Assembly (NCBI GenBank): GCA_001781125.1
Contig: MFKT01000029.1
Location: 4,040-68,039 of the forward strand
Direction of reading: 5' to 3'
Length of the DNA stretch: 64,000 nt
Origin: Candidatus Kaiserbacteria bacterium RIFCSPHIGHO2_01_FULL_53_29
Lineage (GTDB): Bacteria; Patescibacteriota; Minisyncoccia; Phycocordibacterales; UBA2100
The translations under genes were made by a program, and so were the position numbers. Position 1 is the first letter of the stretch, and the number at the start of each line of letters is the position of its first letter. The notes beneath the pieces were generated by a model. That model worked only from the letters and a program-made list of their open reading frames with translations. It was not told the origin of the DNA and did not search any database. Shown here piece by piece: positions 37,917 to 47,138 of this stretch.

Positions 37917-37948
37917 GTCGCTAGTGGCTATTGGCTAGTTACTACCAC
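37917..37948. repeat. right arm of imperfect inverted repeat (CGCTAGTGGCTATTGGCTAG)
   Basis: approximate reverse complement of left arm; recurs at 50765..50791; overlaps stop of giant gene A. Confidence 0.7.
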
Positions 37949-40585
37949 GGTTGCATCTTTCGTCCCGCCTGCGAGCGTCTGGCAGTGCAGGAGGAATGTC
38001 GCCTGCGAGAAAACCGGCGACGTGACAGCCGTGCCGCTCACGCTTGTGTTGTAGGAGTTGGCCGCGGTGAAATCCGCCTGATCGGGGCTCGAGATGACAC
38101 ATGATTGCATGCCGGTCGTGACCCAGCCCAAAAGCGCGGTCTTGCCCGAGGCAACGGTCTTGGGGTTGGCGACAAGGATAGTAGAAGGTTTGTTGACTTG
38201 GACGGAGCACTGCGCGCCTGCGGTACGTCCCTGGTCGGTGCAGGTGAGAGCGTAGGTGGCGGTGTTGGCTCCTGCGGGAGGACTACCTATCGTTGTGCTT
38301 GCCACACCTGATTGCGCGCCTGCGGTATCGAAGCCCGAACCCTTGCTCGTGCCTACAGAGCAGGAATACGCGAAGGCTACCATCATGCCGACATCGGCGA
38401 GCTGGGGCTGGCAGGATAATTCGGCCCTGAGCGGAACGAGTGGCGGGGTAGGTGGGGTGGAAGTCGCCGTGCCGGAAGTTACGGTGATGGTTATACTACT
38501 GATAACGTTGCCGTTGGAGGTGAGTTGCACTTGGTACGGGCCGGCAGCTGCGTAGGTATGCGTCTTCGTAAGATTGGCGGGAGGGCAGGTAGCAGCGCCG
38601 CATCCCGAGCCCACGAAATTGGTGCCGTCACCAAAATCAATCGTTGATGGGACCGGTACCATGCCGGTAAAGGTGACCGTAAGGGGTGCGGGACCGGAGG
38701 TTGGATTAGCAGTGAAGTTCGTGTTGGTCGGATTCGGAACGCACTGCCAATTGGTGACGCACTGACCATTCATGACCGGCTGCCACTGTCCGACAGAGCA
38801 GTTTGCAGCAGGTGGAGTCTGCTGCAACTGGAGTTGGCATTGATTGCCGGTGGAGGGCGTGCATTGCTGTGGCTGTTGGGGCGGTGCCGTGATTTGCTGC
38901 TGTTGAACTGGAGCCTGCGGCGCGTACCCCTGCTGCGCGTAGTACTGATTGAGCTGTTGTTGATATTGCTGCTGCTGTTGTTGTTGCTGCTGCTGGTATT
39001 GATACTGCTGCAGTTGGAAATTATATTGTTGCAGCTGCTGCTGGTATTGCTGCTGCCATTGCGCATACGCCTGTGGATCGCTCGGACATTGTTGCGGGGG
39101 CGGAAGAGGCTGCGGGGGCGGTGGTTGATTCAACCCGAGCGCTTTGCCGATCGAGTTCATCATCGAACTCATCGGATTGCCGCCACCGCTACTCGCCGGA
39201 GGACGCGGTGGTTGCTGCTGTTGCTGCGGTTGTTGGAAGGTGCTGTTTATCCTGCAGTCCGGAGGATTGCCACCGTTTGAACATACGGACTGTATCTTAC
39301 AGCCGTTGGCGGGATCGCCGCCGTTCGCGCATTGTTTGGGTGGCTCATTACCCGGCTTGCAGGGAGGCGCGGTACGATCCCTACATATTGTTCCGGGTGG
39401 CGCTTCAGATGACCCCTTTGTGCAGAGGCCAGATGCATCGCATTTGAATCCCAGACTTTCAATATATTTGCGTTCTGCTTCGTTGGCAGGTCTTGCCTCC
39501 CATTTATTATCTTCTATTCGAGAAATGTCTGTCTTGGTTGTCTCCGATGTTATACCACCCGACACCACTGGGCGTTCCGGAGGAGTAAGTGGTGTCGGGC
39601 TCGTGCACCACTCTGGAGGTGAATCCCTCTTACATGCATCAGCAATCGCAGTGTCGACATCTTTAGAATCCTTGTCCGCGTCCGGATCGGGACTGTACGC
39701 GGCGATTTCTTTGATTTTTACCCCATCGGGGGCCTTAAGCGTGCCGTCTGAATCCACAAGCATTTCATTCGTTGAATTCGTAGGGTCCTTACCGAATGCA
39801 CTATTAATGATATCTTGCTGAGTTTGATCGATGCCACAACCCACGAGGCATGAGGGTTCCCACTTGCCCGTCAAGAAATTTTTTCGCACAGTAAAACCAT
39901 CGCTCGACAATTTATCTACGACCAGTGCCTTGTTTATTCCTTTCGAAATGATAGGGACACATCTCATAACCGAACTTATGGGTGAATATGAAGTTGTTGT
40001 GTCAACGCACGCAGTCGTTTTACACGTACCTGGCGATACCTTCGGATTCGGTTCAGCTTTGATCTTAAGGGTGCCGTCTGGCTTAACAGTGACAGTGGCG
40101 GATTTCCCAACGCATTTGAAATTGCCCGGTTTTGCCGGATCGGGGGCAGCAGCAACACAGTCATCGGAGTTGGGGTCCGTTGGTTTAGCAGCTACCTTCG
40201 TCGTAGCTGCAGTTTTTGCTGTAGCAATCGCAATCCCACATTTATTCAAGATTTCCTCATCGACTTTCGCTTTGGCATCCGCTTCAGCTTTCGCTGTAGC
40301 TTCCGCATCAGCCTTTGCTTTGGCATCTGGCGGAGGAGCTGTGGCGGTAGCTGCTGGTGTCGCTGCGGGAGCTGGAAGCAGGTAGGGGACACCACCAGTC
40401 GACGGCATCGCTTGCGTTCTTGGGGGGGGGATGTCTGCGGCAAGAATGGCTCCGGCAGCCTGCTGCGGTTGATTGCCCGTTGGCATAGGAGTAAAAGATT
40501 GGAGCGCTATCGCCGTGACCGCGAGGGCGGCGAGCAGACCTATCACGGGCAAAACAGCAAAACCCCGGGACGCGGATCGGAACAT
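37928..40585 (-). CDS. giant secreted surface protein A (885 aa): A/K-rich, Cys-containing modules, Q/P-rich low complexity, PKD domain
   Basis: signal peptide; PKD signature FTANPTSGPAPLTVTFTG...DFGDGT...HTY; C-terminal 250 aa near-identical to giant B. Confidence 0.7.
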   Translation of the reverse strand: MFRSASRGFAVLPVIGLLAALAVTAIALQSFTPMPTGNQPQQAAGAILAADIPPPRTQAMPSTGGVPYLLPAPAATPAATATAPPPDAKAKADAEATAKAEADAKAKVDEEILNKCGIAIATAKTAATTKVAAKPTDPNSDDCVAAAPDPAKPGNFKCVGKSATVTVKPDGTLKIKAEPNPKVSPGTCKTTACVDTTTSYSPISSVMRCVPIISKGINKALVVDKLSSDGFTVRKNFLTGKWEPSCLVGCGIDQTQQDIINSAFGKDPTNSTNEMLVDSDGTLKAPDGVKIKEIAAYSPDPDADKDSKDVDTAIADACKRDSPPEWCTSPTPLTPPERPVVSGGITSETTKTDISRIEDNKWEARPANEAERKYIESLGFKCDASGLCTKGSSEAPPGTICRDRTAPPCKPGNEPPKQCANGGDPANGCKIQSVCSNGGNPPDCRINSTFQQPQQQQQPPRPPASSGGGNPMSSMMNSIGKALGLNQPPPPQPLPPPQQCPSDPQAYAQWQQQYQQQLQQYNFQLQQYQYQQQQQQQQQQYQQQLNQYYAQQGYAPQAPVQQQQITAPPQQPQQCTPSTGNQCQLQLQQTPPAANCSVGQWQPVMNGQCVTNWQCVPNPTNTNFTANPTSGPAPLTVTFTGMVPVPSTIDFGDGTNFVGSGCGAATCPPANLTKTHTYAAAGPYQVQLTSNGNVISSITITVTSGTATSTPPTPPLVPLRAELSCQPQLADVGMMVAFAYSCSVGTSKGSGFDTAGAQSGVASTTIGSPPAGANTATYALTCTDQGRTAGAQCSVQVNKPSTILVANPKTVASGKTALLGWVTTGMQSCVISSPDQADFTAANSYNTSVSGTAVTSPVFSQATFLLHCQTLAGGTKDATVVVTSQ

Positions 40586-40662
40586 GCCTCAATCATGCGC
40601 CCCAGCGAGCGCGAGCGCAATGTGAAAATGTGGAAAAGACTGGGTTATGTTATGATGGGGTC

Positions 40663-40854
40663 ATGACAGATGAGGCTCTTACGGACATTGAGCATGCGAT
40701 TGAGAAAGCCACGCCGGATCAGCAGCGACGTTTTCTCGCGCGCCTGCCGCACGTGCTACATCTCGCGCCTGACCAGTATGCTCGAATGAAAGCTGCTGAG
40801 CCGTCATTCGCGTTCTGGAATAATGCCGCTGATGCGGTCTATGACAACCTATAA
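40663..40854 (+). CDS. putative antitoxin of MazEF-like pair
   Basis: small acidic ORF overlapping the toxin start by 14 nt; no direct family match. Confidence 0.4.
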   Translation: MTDEALTDIEHAIEKATPDQQRRFLARLPHVLHLAPDQYARMKAAEPSFAFWNNAADAVYDNL

Positions 40855-41203
40855 GCGCGGACAGATCGTGCTCGTTCCGTTCCCCTTCACTGATTTCTCG
40901 ACGCTCAAACAGCGCTCCGCGCTCGTACTTTCTCCGACCGCATACAATCGCAAACAAAACGACGTCATAATTGTCGCAATCACCTCGCAACTTGAGTCGT
41001 ACAAGAACCGGAAAGACGTTTACCGCATCGACGGACAAGAACAACGTGACTCCGGACTCCCACGACCCGGGATCGTGCGTCCGGACAAAATCACTGTCGT
41101 CGACCAGCGGCTTATCCGTCGCATTCTCGGAACACTTCCGCAGCCGACCGTTGATCGTATCGCGGAGTTGACCGCGCGTGCCATCGGCTACATGCGGGCC
41201 TGA
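40841..41203 (+). CDS. MazF/PemK family endoribonuclease toxin
   Basis: GQIVLVPFPFTD...RSALVLSP...VIIVAITS PemK fold signature. Confidence 0.7.
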   Translation: MTTYKRGQIVLVPFPFTDFSTLKQRSALVLSPTAYNRKQNDVIIVAITSQLESYKNRKDVYRIDGQEQRDSGLPRPGIVRPDKITVVDQRLIRRILGTLPQPTVDRIAELTARAIGYMRA

Positions 41204-41209
41204 TATTCA

Positions 41210-41281
41210 TGCCCTCGCCGGGAATCGAACCCAGATTACGAGCTCCGCAAGCTCGCGTTCTATCCGTTGAACTACGAGAGC
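41210..41281 (-). tRNA. tRNA-Arg (anticodon read as GCG)
   Basis: acceptor GCTCTCG/CGAGGGC, D-arm GTTC-AACGGATA-GAAC, stem CGAGC/GCTCG with loop TTGCGGA; sequence-similar to tRNA-Arg at 25020. Confidence 0.6.
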
Positions 41282-41483
41282 CCTACTACGCTCCGGAAAA
41301 TCCCGGAGCTTCGAAGGACAAGTAATGGTACAAAAAACCACTGCTCGCCCGCCGAAGCTCAAAGACACTTTGAGCGAAGGAGGGAACGACGAGAGCCAAC
41401 GAGAGAAATGTAGCACGTTTGGCCCGCTTGCGCAGGCGCAGGCTTTTTTATTGTTTCTGTAACCACAGACTTCAGCTCCAAAC

Positions 41484-44400
41484 TTACGGCATCACGGTAA
41501 TCACTCCCGACATACCGACTCCTCCCGGAGCGCCATGGAAGCGACAGTAATACGGGTAGGTGCCCGCAGTCGTGAAGGTCCGCGAGAAATTTGCCCCCGG
41601 AGAAAGGCCGGTATCGAAACTTCCGCCATCGGCCGTCACGGTATGTTGCATCGCGCCCGTATTGGTCCATGTCACCGTACTCCCTTTTGCGATAGTTATT
41701 GTGCGGGGTGAAAAGGAGTCGTCCGCCGCGGAGATATTGATGAGGGCCGGACTTGAGCTCGTGTTGGATGTGCTCGATGTGGTTGGCGTGGATGATGTGC
41801 TCCCCGCCCCTGCCGTACCCGTGCTTGCACCAAGCGTGACCGTCACACTCGCGCGCTTGCTCGCTCCCCCCTGCGTCGTGCAATCCAATTGGAACGTCGC
41901 GTTGGATGTGATGGGAGAGGTCGCCGCGGCACCGGTCGTACTTGTGTTGTACGCATTGTCCGCCGTGAAGTCGGCCTGATCGGGGCTCGAGATGACGCAG
42001 GATCGCATGCCGGTCGTGATCCAGCCGAGAAGTGTGGTCTTGCCCGAGGCAACGGTCTTGGGGTTGGCGACGAGGACGATCGAGGATCTGTTGACTTGAA
42101 CGGAGCATTGAGCGCCTGCGGTGCGTCCCTGGTCGGTGCACGTGAGAGCGTAGGTGGCGGTGTTGGCGCCTGCCGGAGGCGCCCCAAGGGTGGCCGTTGC
42201 GGAGCCCGACTGGTCTCCACCCGTATCGAAGCCGGAACCCTTGCTCGTCCCTGTCGAGCAGGAGTACGCAAGAGCGAGAGTCATGCCAACATCAGCGAGC
42301 TGGGGCTGGCATGCGAGATGGGCAGTGAGGGGAATGACCGCGGGAGCGGTGGTGGAAGTTGGGGTGGGATCCGACGTATCCGGAACACATCGCCAATTCG
42401 TGAGACAACTCAAACCTGCGACGGTCGAGCTCGCCGGCTTCCACGAGCCATTCCGGCATTCCGATGCATCGGGTTGGTCGGGTCGTGCGGGACACTGCGC
42501 ATTATTGCGCACGCACTGCCAACTCGTGAGACAACTCGATCCTGCGACGGTCGAGGTCGCCGGTTTCCACGAGCCATTTAGGCATGTCGCGGGATTAGGC
42601 TCCGCCGGCTGCGCGGGGCATTGCGGGGTGGGGTTGGGCACACACTGCCAGGCAGTGATGCACGCGCCATTCATCGTCGGCTTCCATGAACCGACGTTGC
42701 AGCTGGACGCCGGAGGTTGCTGTTGCAATTGCTGCTGACACTGACCGCCCGTCGCGGGCTTACACGGCAAGGGCTGCACGGGCGCCGTTGTTTGTGATGG
42801 TGGCGGAGGCGTCAAGCCCTGTTGTGCGTAATACCGACTCAACTGTTGCTGGTACTGTTGCTGTTGCTGATACTGCTGCAGCTGATAATTGTATTGCTGC
42901 AACTGCTGCTGATATTGCTGCTGTTGTTGGGCGTAAATTTGTGGATCGGTGGAACAAACGGGAGCTTCCGGCTGGGGCGTGAGGCCCTTGGCCAAACCCT
43001 CAAGGAACGATGCCAGTGGATTGCCCGGCGGCTTCTTCTGCGACTGCGGAATCTCCGGCATCTTCGGCGCTCCGCCTCCTCCGCCAGCTCCTTTTCCATC
43101 ACCTCCCGCTCCACCTCCCCCTTTACCAGTTCCGCCTTTTTCGGCTCCGGCTTTTGCGGCTTTTGCGTCCGCTGCATCTTTCGCGGTTTTTGCCTCCTTC
43201 GCAGCTTTTGCGTCTGCCGCGTCTTTTTCTGTTTTTGTTTTGGTGGTATCTGGGGGCTCTTTACCCTCATCTTTGACACAACTCCCGTCCGAAGCACATG
43301 TGTATTCGTTATCCTCAAGATACTTTTTCTGCTCCTCCGAGTCCGCCTTGGCTTTCCATTTACCTTCTTCGTCTCTCGTTGCGATTATGTCGTCAACTGA
43401 TCCTTTTGAACAACTTCCATCGGAGCCGCAAGTGTACCCGCTGGCCTCAAGGTATTGCTTCTGCTCGGCAGATTCAGCGCGGGCCGTCCATTTTCCATTC
43501 CCATCGGAGCGAGCGACAATGTCATCAACCGAACCTTTGGAGCAGGCGCCGCTAGAGCTGCATGTATATCCATTGTCTTCGAGGTACCTCTGTTGCTCTG
43601 TTGTTTCTGCTTGTGCGGTCCAGTTACCATTCCCTTCAGAGTGGGCGACGATATCATCGACGCTTACAGGTTCTGACGGCGCGACCGAGGGTTCGATGGC
43701 AGCTGGCATATCTGTCGCACGAAGCCCGGGATCCCGCACTCCTGCGACGTCCCGTCCCCAAAAACTATCCCGCCAGTTAGAGTCAGACGCTCCAGTACAC
43801 GAGCCTCCCGACAAGCATGGATACTGGTTCTCCATTGCATACAGATCATTTTTAATCTGCCCAAGTACAGCATCTCTTTCGGGGTTTGGCGCTCCCCCAC
43901 CATTCATGAAGCCACGCTGATCTGAGAGCATTTTTTCTCGAAAAACAAGTTCGTTATATTTGCCGACATCGCTCACGGTGGGATTTTGCGCAAGCGCTGC
44001 AGAATACGCGGCGTTGATATCCTCTCCGTAGTTGGCATGCAGCGTTTGCTTTTCCGAATCTGAAAGTCCGGTATACCAATTTAAACCTCTGTCGGGCGAC
44101 CCTGCGGAGTATCCTTGGAGCTCTGAACCGCTCTGCGCGTCCCATGTGGCAGCGGGAAGCTGTTGCCCAGGCAGAGGATTTTCCTGTATCGTGGCGGATC
44201 GATCAGGAAAGGAACCTTCGGCCGGCGGAGGGGAATTAAAATCAAACGCTGGAGCTTGTGTCATGGCTCCCGGCAAATTCTGTGCCCATGTATCGAAGGT
44301 CGTTGCCGCGGCGACACCTGGCTCGAGAGCGGCAGGCGGTGGGTCGGCCGCAGACGAGAGCGGGAATCCGTCGTCGCTACGAGTTGGTGAGATGGGGAGA

Positions 44401-46676
44401 TTGATAGATTGATCACGTGTAATCAACGCCCCAATCTTTTCATCACCGAACTGATCGACGGTACCGTTGTAGCGGCCGGTTAGAGGATCTCGGATACTAA
44501 AGTTATCTCCGTCTCTTGTGATCTCAAGATTCGGTGCCGGCCGATATGTACCGTCTGTTATATCGTTCAGCTTCGAATCGTAGTTCCATCCGTCCTTTGC
44601 CTGTTGGACTGCCTGTTCGACGGTCTGGCCAGACTCGACTGGGATACGCGCGTACTCATCATTGGGTCCGTAGACTGACACCACCGTAGTACCGTCGCGG
44701 AAAGTAGTGCTGCGCACCCCCACGCCGTCGGCGTCGTACCTCGTAAAAGGGTCCATGTGAGATATAGGTATTGAGGTGTCTATTGGATAAGGTGGTCTTG
44801 CTTCACCACCATCCTCGAGCCCGAGGCTAGCAAGCTGTGGAGTAGTGGCGAGAAGCGCATTCATGCGCGCGAGGTCGTCTCGCTGGTTGGAAAGCGAATA
44901 ATCAGAGTCGCCTAATTCTTGCAGTTGTTTCTCCTCAGCAGGAGTCGGGTCTCGATTTTCTGACCTTATCGTGGCGTCAAGCTGGTCGCTTCTGATTTCA
45001 TTCGCATTGATAGTATCATCCAACGCATCAAGCCGAGCAGCATTCTCGCGGTAGCTTGCCGCGGGATCTTGAAGAGCTGTTGCGAGCTCTCCAATGGTAC
45101 CGGAATAGTTGTTTACATTGATCCGATCTCCCGCGGGCGTGATCAGGTAATCGCTATTCTCACCATCACTACCAGTGCGATCAAGGGTGTATCCGTCGGC
45201 AAAGGGGTATGCTTGTCCGTCATCAAAATCGCGAATGTTCAGGTTTCTGTACGCTGCGCTGTCTGGCCCTGCATCAAAATCGGTCGGGCTTGGGTTCACC
45301 CAGCCACCGTTCGCATTTGCTGCAGCGCTGGCTACACTCGGATCAAGTGCGGAGGATGGTTCTGGGGGCAAAATGCTGTCTGTGCCTGGTGCCGGTAAAC
45401 TGCCGGATGACGTCTGTTCGCCCGGCTGTACCAACATAACAGGTCCATCAAAACTATACGGCGCAGTTCCAGGTCCGTTCACTGCTTCGACTGCAGCATT
45501 ATACGCTTGCTGTGATGCGCGATAGCCGAGCTTGGCTTGATTCCATGCCGCTCGAGCTGCCGGATCGGTGGGGTTTTCTTCGAATGCTCGTTGTGCAGCA
45601 TCATATGTTGCGGCCGCTTCAACCGCGCTGCGCTGCGTGTCGGCGATGGTCGGAGCATTTGTGTCCGCAGTCTGTGGCGAAGGCGTTGTAGGCCAACTGC
45701 CATTGAACACCGGAGGTTCTGCGCTGTTTATGTAATCCTGCGTGCTTTGCGCCACCGTCTGCCCAAAACCGCCCTGTGGTTGAGTAGCCGGATTTTCACC
45801 CAAAGACCCGGTGTTTCCGGTCGGATTCTCGAAAGCCGATTGATCGAACGTCGCGTCAGTCCGCTGGTACTCTGTTGTTTGAAATAACGCTGGGTCCGGT
45901 ACCGGAGTTCCCTGGACCGTGGGACTTTGCGGCTGCAGCGTGGCGGTGTCGGTGCGCAACGCATCATTGAGCAGCGCGCTTTCACCCCGCAGCCGTGTAA
46001 GCTGACTTTCTTGTTCCGCAGTAAAGTCCCCGCTTCCCGATTTCGATTGCTCCAGTATTTGTTCGAGCTCGGATATTTCGTTGTTGACTCGGGTGAGCTC
46101 TCTTTGCTTTTCGTCGAGCGCGTTATCAATTTGAGTGTTCGCAGGACCACTCGGAGTCTTCGGCACTGCTGGATCTTCTTCATCAGGAATTTTTGGCATA
46201 CTCGGAATGCCTCCTCCGCCTGACCCGCTCTCTGAGCCTGCACCGGACTTCGGAGTCTGTGTTGCTTTCCATTCTCCATCCGCATCCCTATACTCATCGC
46301 CATGAGCAACGTCTTGGCTAACGCAATGCCCTTTTACATTGCTCGTTCCTACCTCCAACCCCTCGCCGCATAATTTACCGGATTCGCTGTAATTCGGATA
46401 TTTGCATGAGTAGTCGTATGACGATGAGCATAGAGCATCTAGTGATTTATCTCCCCCTGCTTGCGCCAGCTGCGAGCGCGCATCGTATGCATATGAAGCG
46501 GCAGCCGCGTCGCGAAATGCCTCCGGAGTTTGCGCGAGCGGCGAGGGGAAGGCATCGCTCATGCTTGCGGAGACGCCGAGAATCGCCGCAAGAATGAGTA
46601 TAAACAGAGAAGAAGCTCCGCGATTTTGAGGACGCCGAGAGTCGGCCGAAGTTTTCTTATGGGGCATGTAGCCCAA
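41484..46676 (-). CDS. giant secreted surface protein B (1730 aa) with repeated Cys modules and C-terminal type-1 copper cupredoxin domain
   Basis: signal peptide; 4x ~35 aa repeat (SVDDIVARSDGNGKWTARAE..EQKQYLE..GYTC..G.CSKG); C-terminus TVTWTNTGAMQHTV...YYCRFHGAPGGVGMSGVITV (His, Cys, His, Met ligands). Confidence 0.7.
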   Translation of the reverse strand: MGYMPHKKTSADSRRPQNRGASSLFILILAAILGVSASMSDAFPSPLAQTPEAFRDAAAASYAYDARSQLAQAGGDKSLDALCSSSYDYSCKYPNYSESGKLCGEGLEVGTSNVKGHCVSQDVAHGDEYRDADGEWKATQTPKSGAGSESGSGGGGIPSMPKIPDEEDPAVPKTPSGPANTQIDNALDEKQRELTRVNNEISELEQILEQSKSGSGDFTAEQESQLTRLRGESALLNDALRTDTATLQPQSPTVQGTPVPDPALFQTTEYQRTDATFDQSAFENPTGNTGSLGENPATQPQGGFGQTVAQSTQDYINSAEPPVFNGSWPTTPSPQTADTNAPTIADTQRSAVEAAATYDAAQRAFEENPTDPAARAAWNQAKLGYRASQQAYNAAVEAVNGPGTAPYSFDGPVMLVQPGEQTSSGSLPAPGTDSILPPEPSSALDPSVASAAANANGGWVNPSPTDFDAGPDSAAYRNLNIRDFDDGQAYPFADGYTLDRTGSDGENSDYLITPAGDRINVNNYSGTIGELATALQDPAASYRENAARLDALDDTINANEIRSDQLDATIRSENRDPTPAEEKQLQELGDSDYSLSNQRDDLARMNALLATTPQLASLGLEDGGEARPPYPIDTSIPISHMDPFTRYDADGVGVRSTTFRDGTTVVSVYGPNDEYARIPVESGQTVEQAVQQAKDGWNYDSKLNDITDGTYRPAPNLEITRDGDNFSIRDPLTGRYNGTVDQFGDEKIGALITRDQSINLPISPTRSDDGFPLSSAADPPPAALEPGVAAATTFDTWAQNLPGAMTQAPAFDFNSPPPAEGSFPDRSATIQENPLPGQQLPAATWDAQSGSELQGYSAGSPDRGLNWYTGLSDSEKQTLHANYGEDINAAYSAALAQNPTVSDVGKYNELVFREKMLSDQRGFMNGGGAPNPERDAVLGQIKNDLYAMENQYPCLSGGSCTGASDSNWRDSFWGRDVAGVRDPGLRATDMPAAIEPSVAPSEPVSVDDIVAHSEGNGNWTAQAETTEQQRYLEDNGYTCSSSGACSKGSVDDIVARSDGNGKWTARAESAEQKQYLEASGYTCGSDGSCSKGSVDDIIATRDEEGKWKAKADSEEQKKYLEDNEYTCASDGSCVKDEGKEPPDTTKTKTEKDAADAKAAKEAKTAKDAADAKAAKAGAEKGGTGKGGGGAGGDGKGAGGGGGAPKMPEIPQSQKKPPGNPLASFLEGLAKGLTPQPEAPVCSTDPQIYAQQQQQYQQQLQQYNYQLQQYQQQQQYQQQLSRYYAQQGLTPPPPSQTTAPVQPLPCKPATGGQCQQQLQQQPPASSCNVGSWKPTMNGACITAWQCVPNPTPQCPAQPAEPNPATCLNGSWKPATSTVAGSSCLTSWQCVRNNAQCPARPDQPDASECRNGSWKPASSTVAGLSCLTNWRCVPDTSDPTPTSTTAPAVIPLTAHLACQPQLADVGMTLALAYSCSTGTSKGSGFDTGGDQSGSATATLGAPPAGANTATYALTCTDQGRTAGAQCSVQVNRSSIVLVANPKTVASGKTTLLGWITTGMRSCVISSPDQADFTADNAYNTSTTGAAATSPITSNATFQLDCTTQGGASKRASVTVTLGASTGTAGAGSTSSTPTTSSTSNTSSSPALINISAADDSFSPRTITIAKGSTVTWTNTGAMQHTVTADGGSFDTGLSPGANFSRTFTTAGTYPYYCRFHGAPGGVGMSGVITVMP

Positions 46677-46723
46677 TCATGCGGCAATTGTGCCGCATCT
46701 GCAAAGGCCAAAAGTGGAGAGTG

Positions 46724-46990
46724 CTAGGCTGCGAGCGCGCGGAGCTGCCTGGCAGCGCGGGATTTCATACGAGCGGCCGTGTTGCGGTGGATGGTGCCGT
46801 TCTTGGTAGCCTTGTCGACGGCCTGATAGAGCACTTTGAGCTGCCCCTCCGCGTCCCCCGAGTTTTTTCCGCCCACAAATCTGTCCATCTGCTTCACTGC
46901 CATTTTCATCGCCCCTTTGCGCCGCACGTTGTGCACGCGACGGCGAAGCGCGACGCGCTGTGCTTTCTTTGCCGACCTCGTGTTTGCCAT
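46724..46990 (-). CDS. rpsT: 30S ribosomal protein S20
   Basis: MANTRSAKKAQR...basic helical S20 pattern. Confidence 0.9.
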   Translation of the reverse strand: MANTRSAKKAQRVALRRRVHNVRRKGAMKMAVKQMDRFVGGKNSGDAEGQLKVLYQAVDKATKNGTIHRNTAARMKSRAARQLRALAA

Positions 46991-47138
46991 TGGACCGGAT
47001 GCTACCGCATCTTCCCCTTCGGCGCAACAATGCGAACTGTTTGCTCTGCGTGCACCAATCGCCCCAAAAGTGATATTCCGTAACGTGCGCTACCGCGCAA
47101 TCTGGGAATATGAGATATGTACACCCTGGAAAACAACT

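Noticed and set aside
38770-39280. CAG/CAA-rich tandem codon repeats (also 42820..43000) that superficially look like a short-period repeat array
   Set aside because: They encode Q/Y low-complexity inside the giant proteins and have no spacer-repeat architecture, so they are not CRISPR.
41207-42141. ORFs 41207..41416 and 41359..42141 (260 aa) on the minus strand
   Set aside because: The first overlaps tRNA-Arg; the second is an alternative frame inside giant gene B rich in H/R from GC-rich antisense codons.
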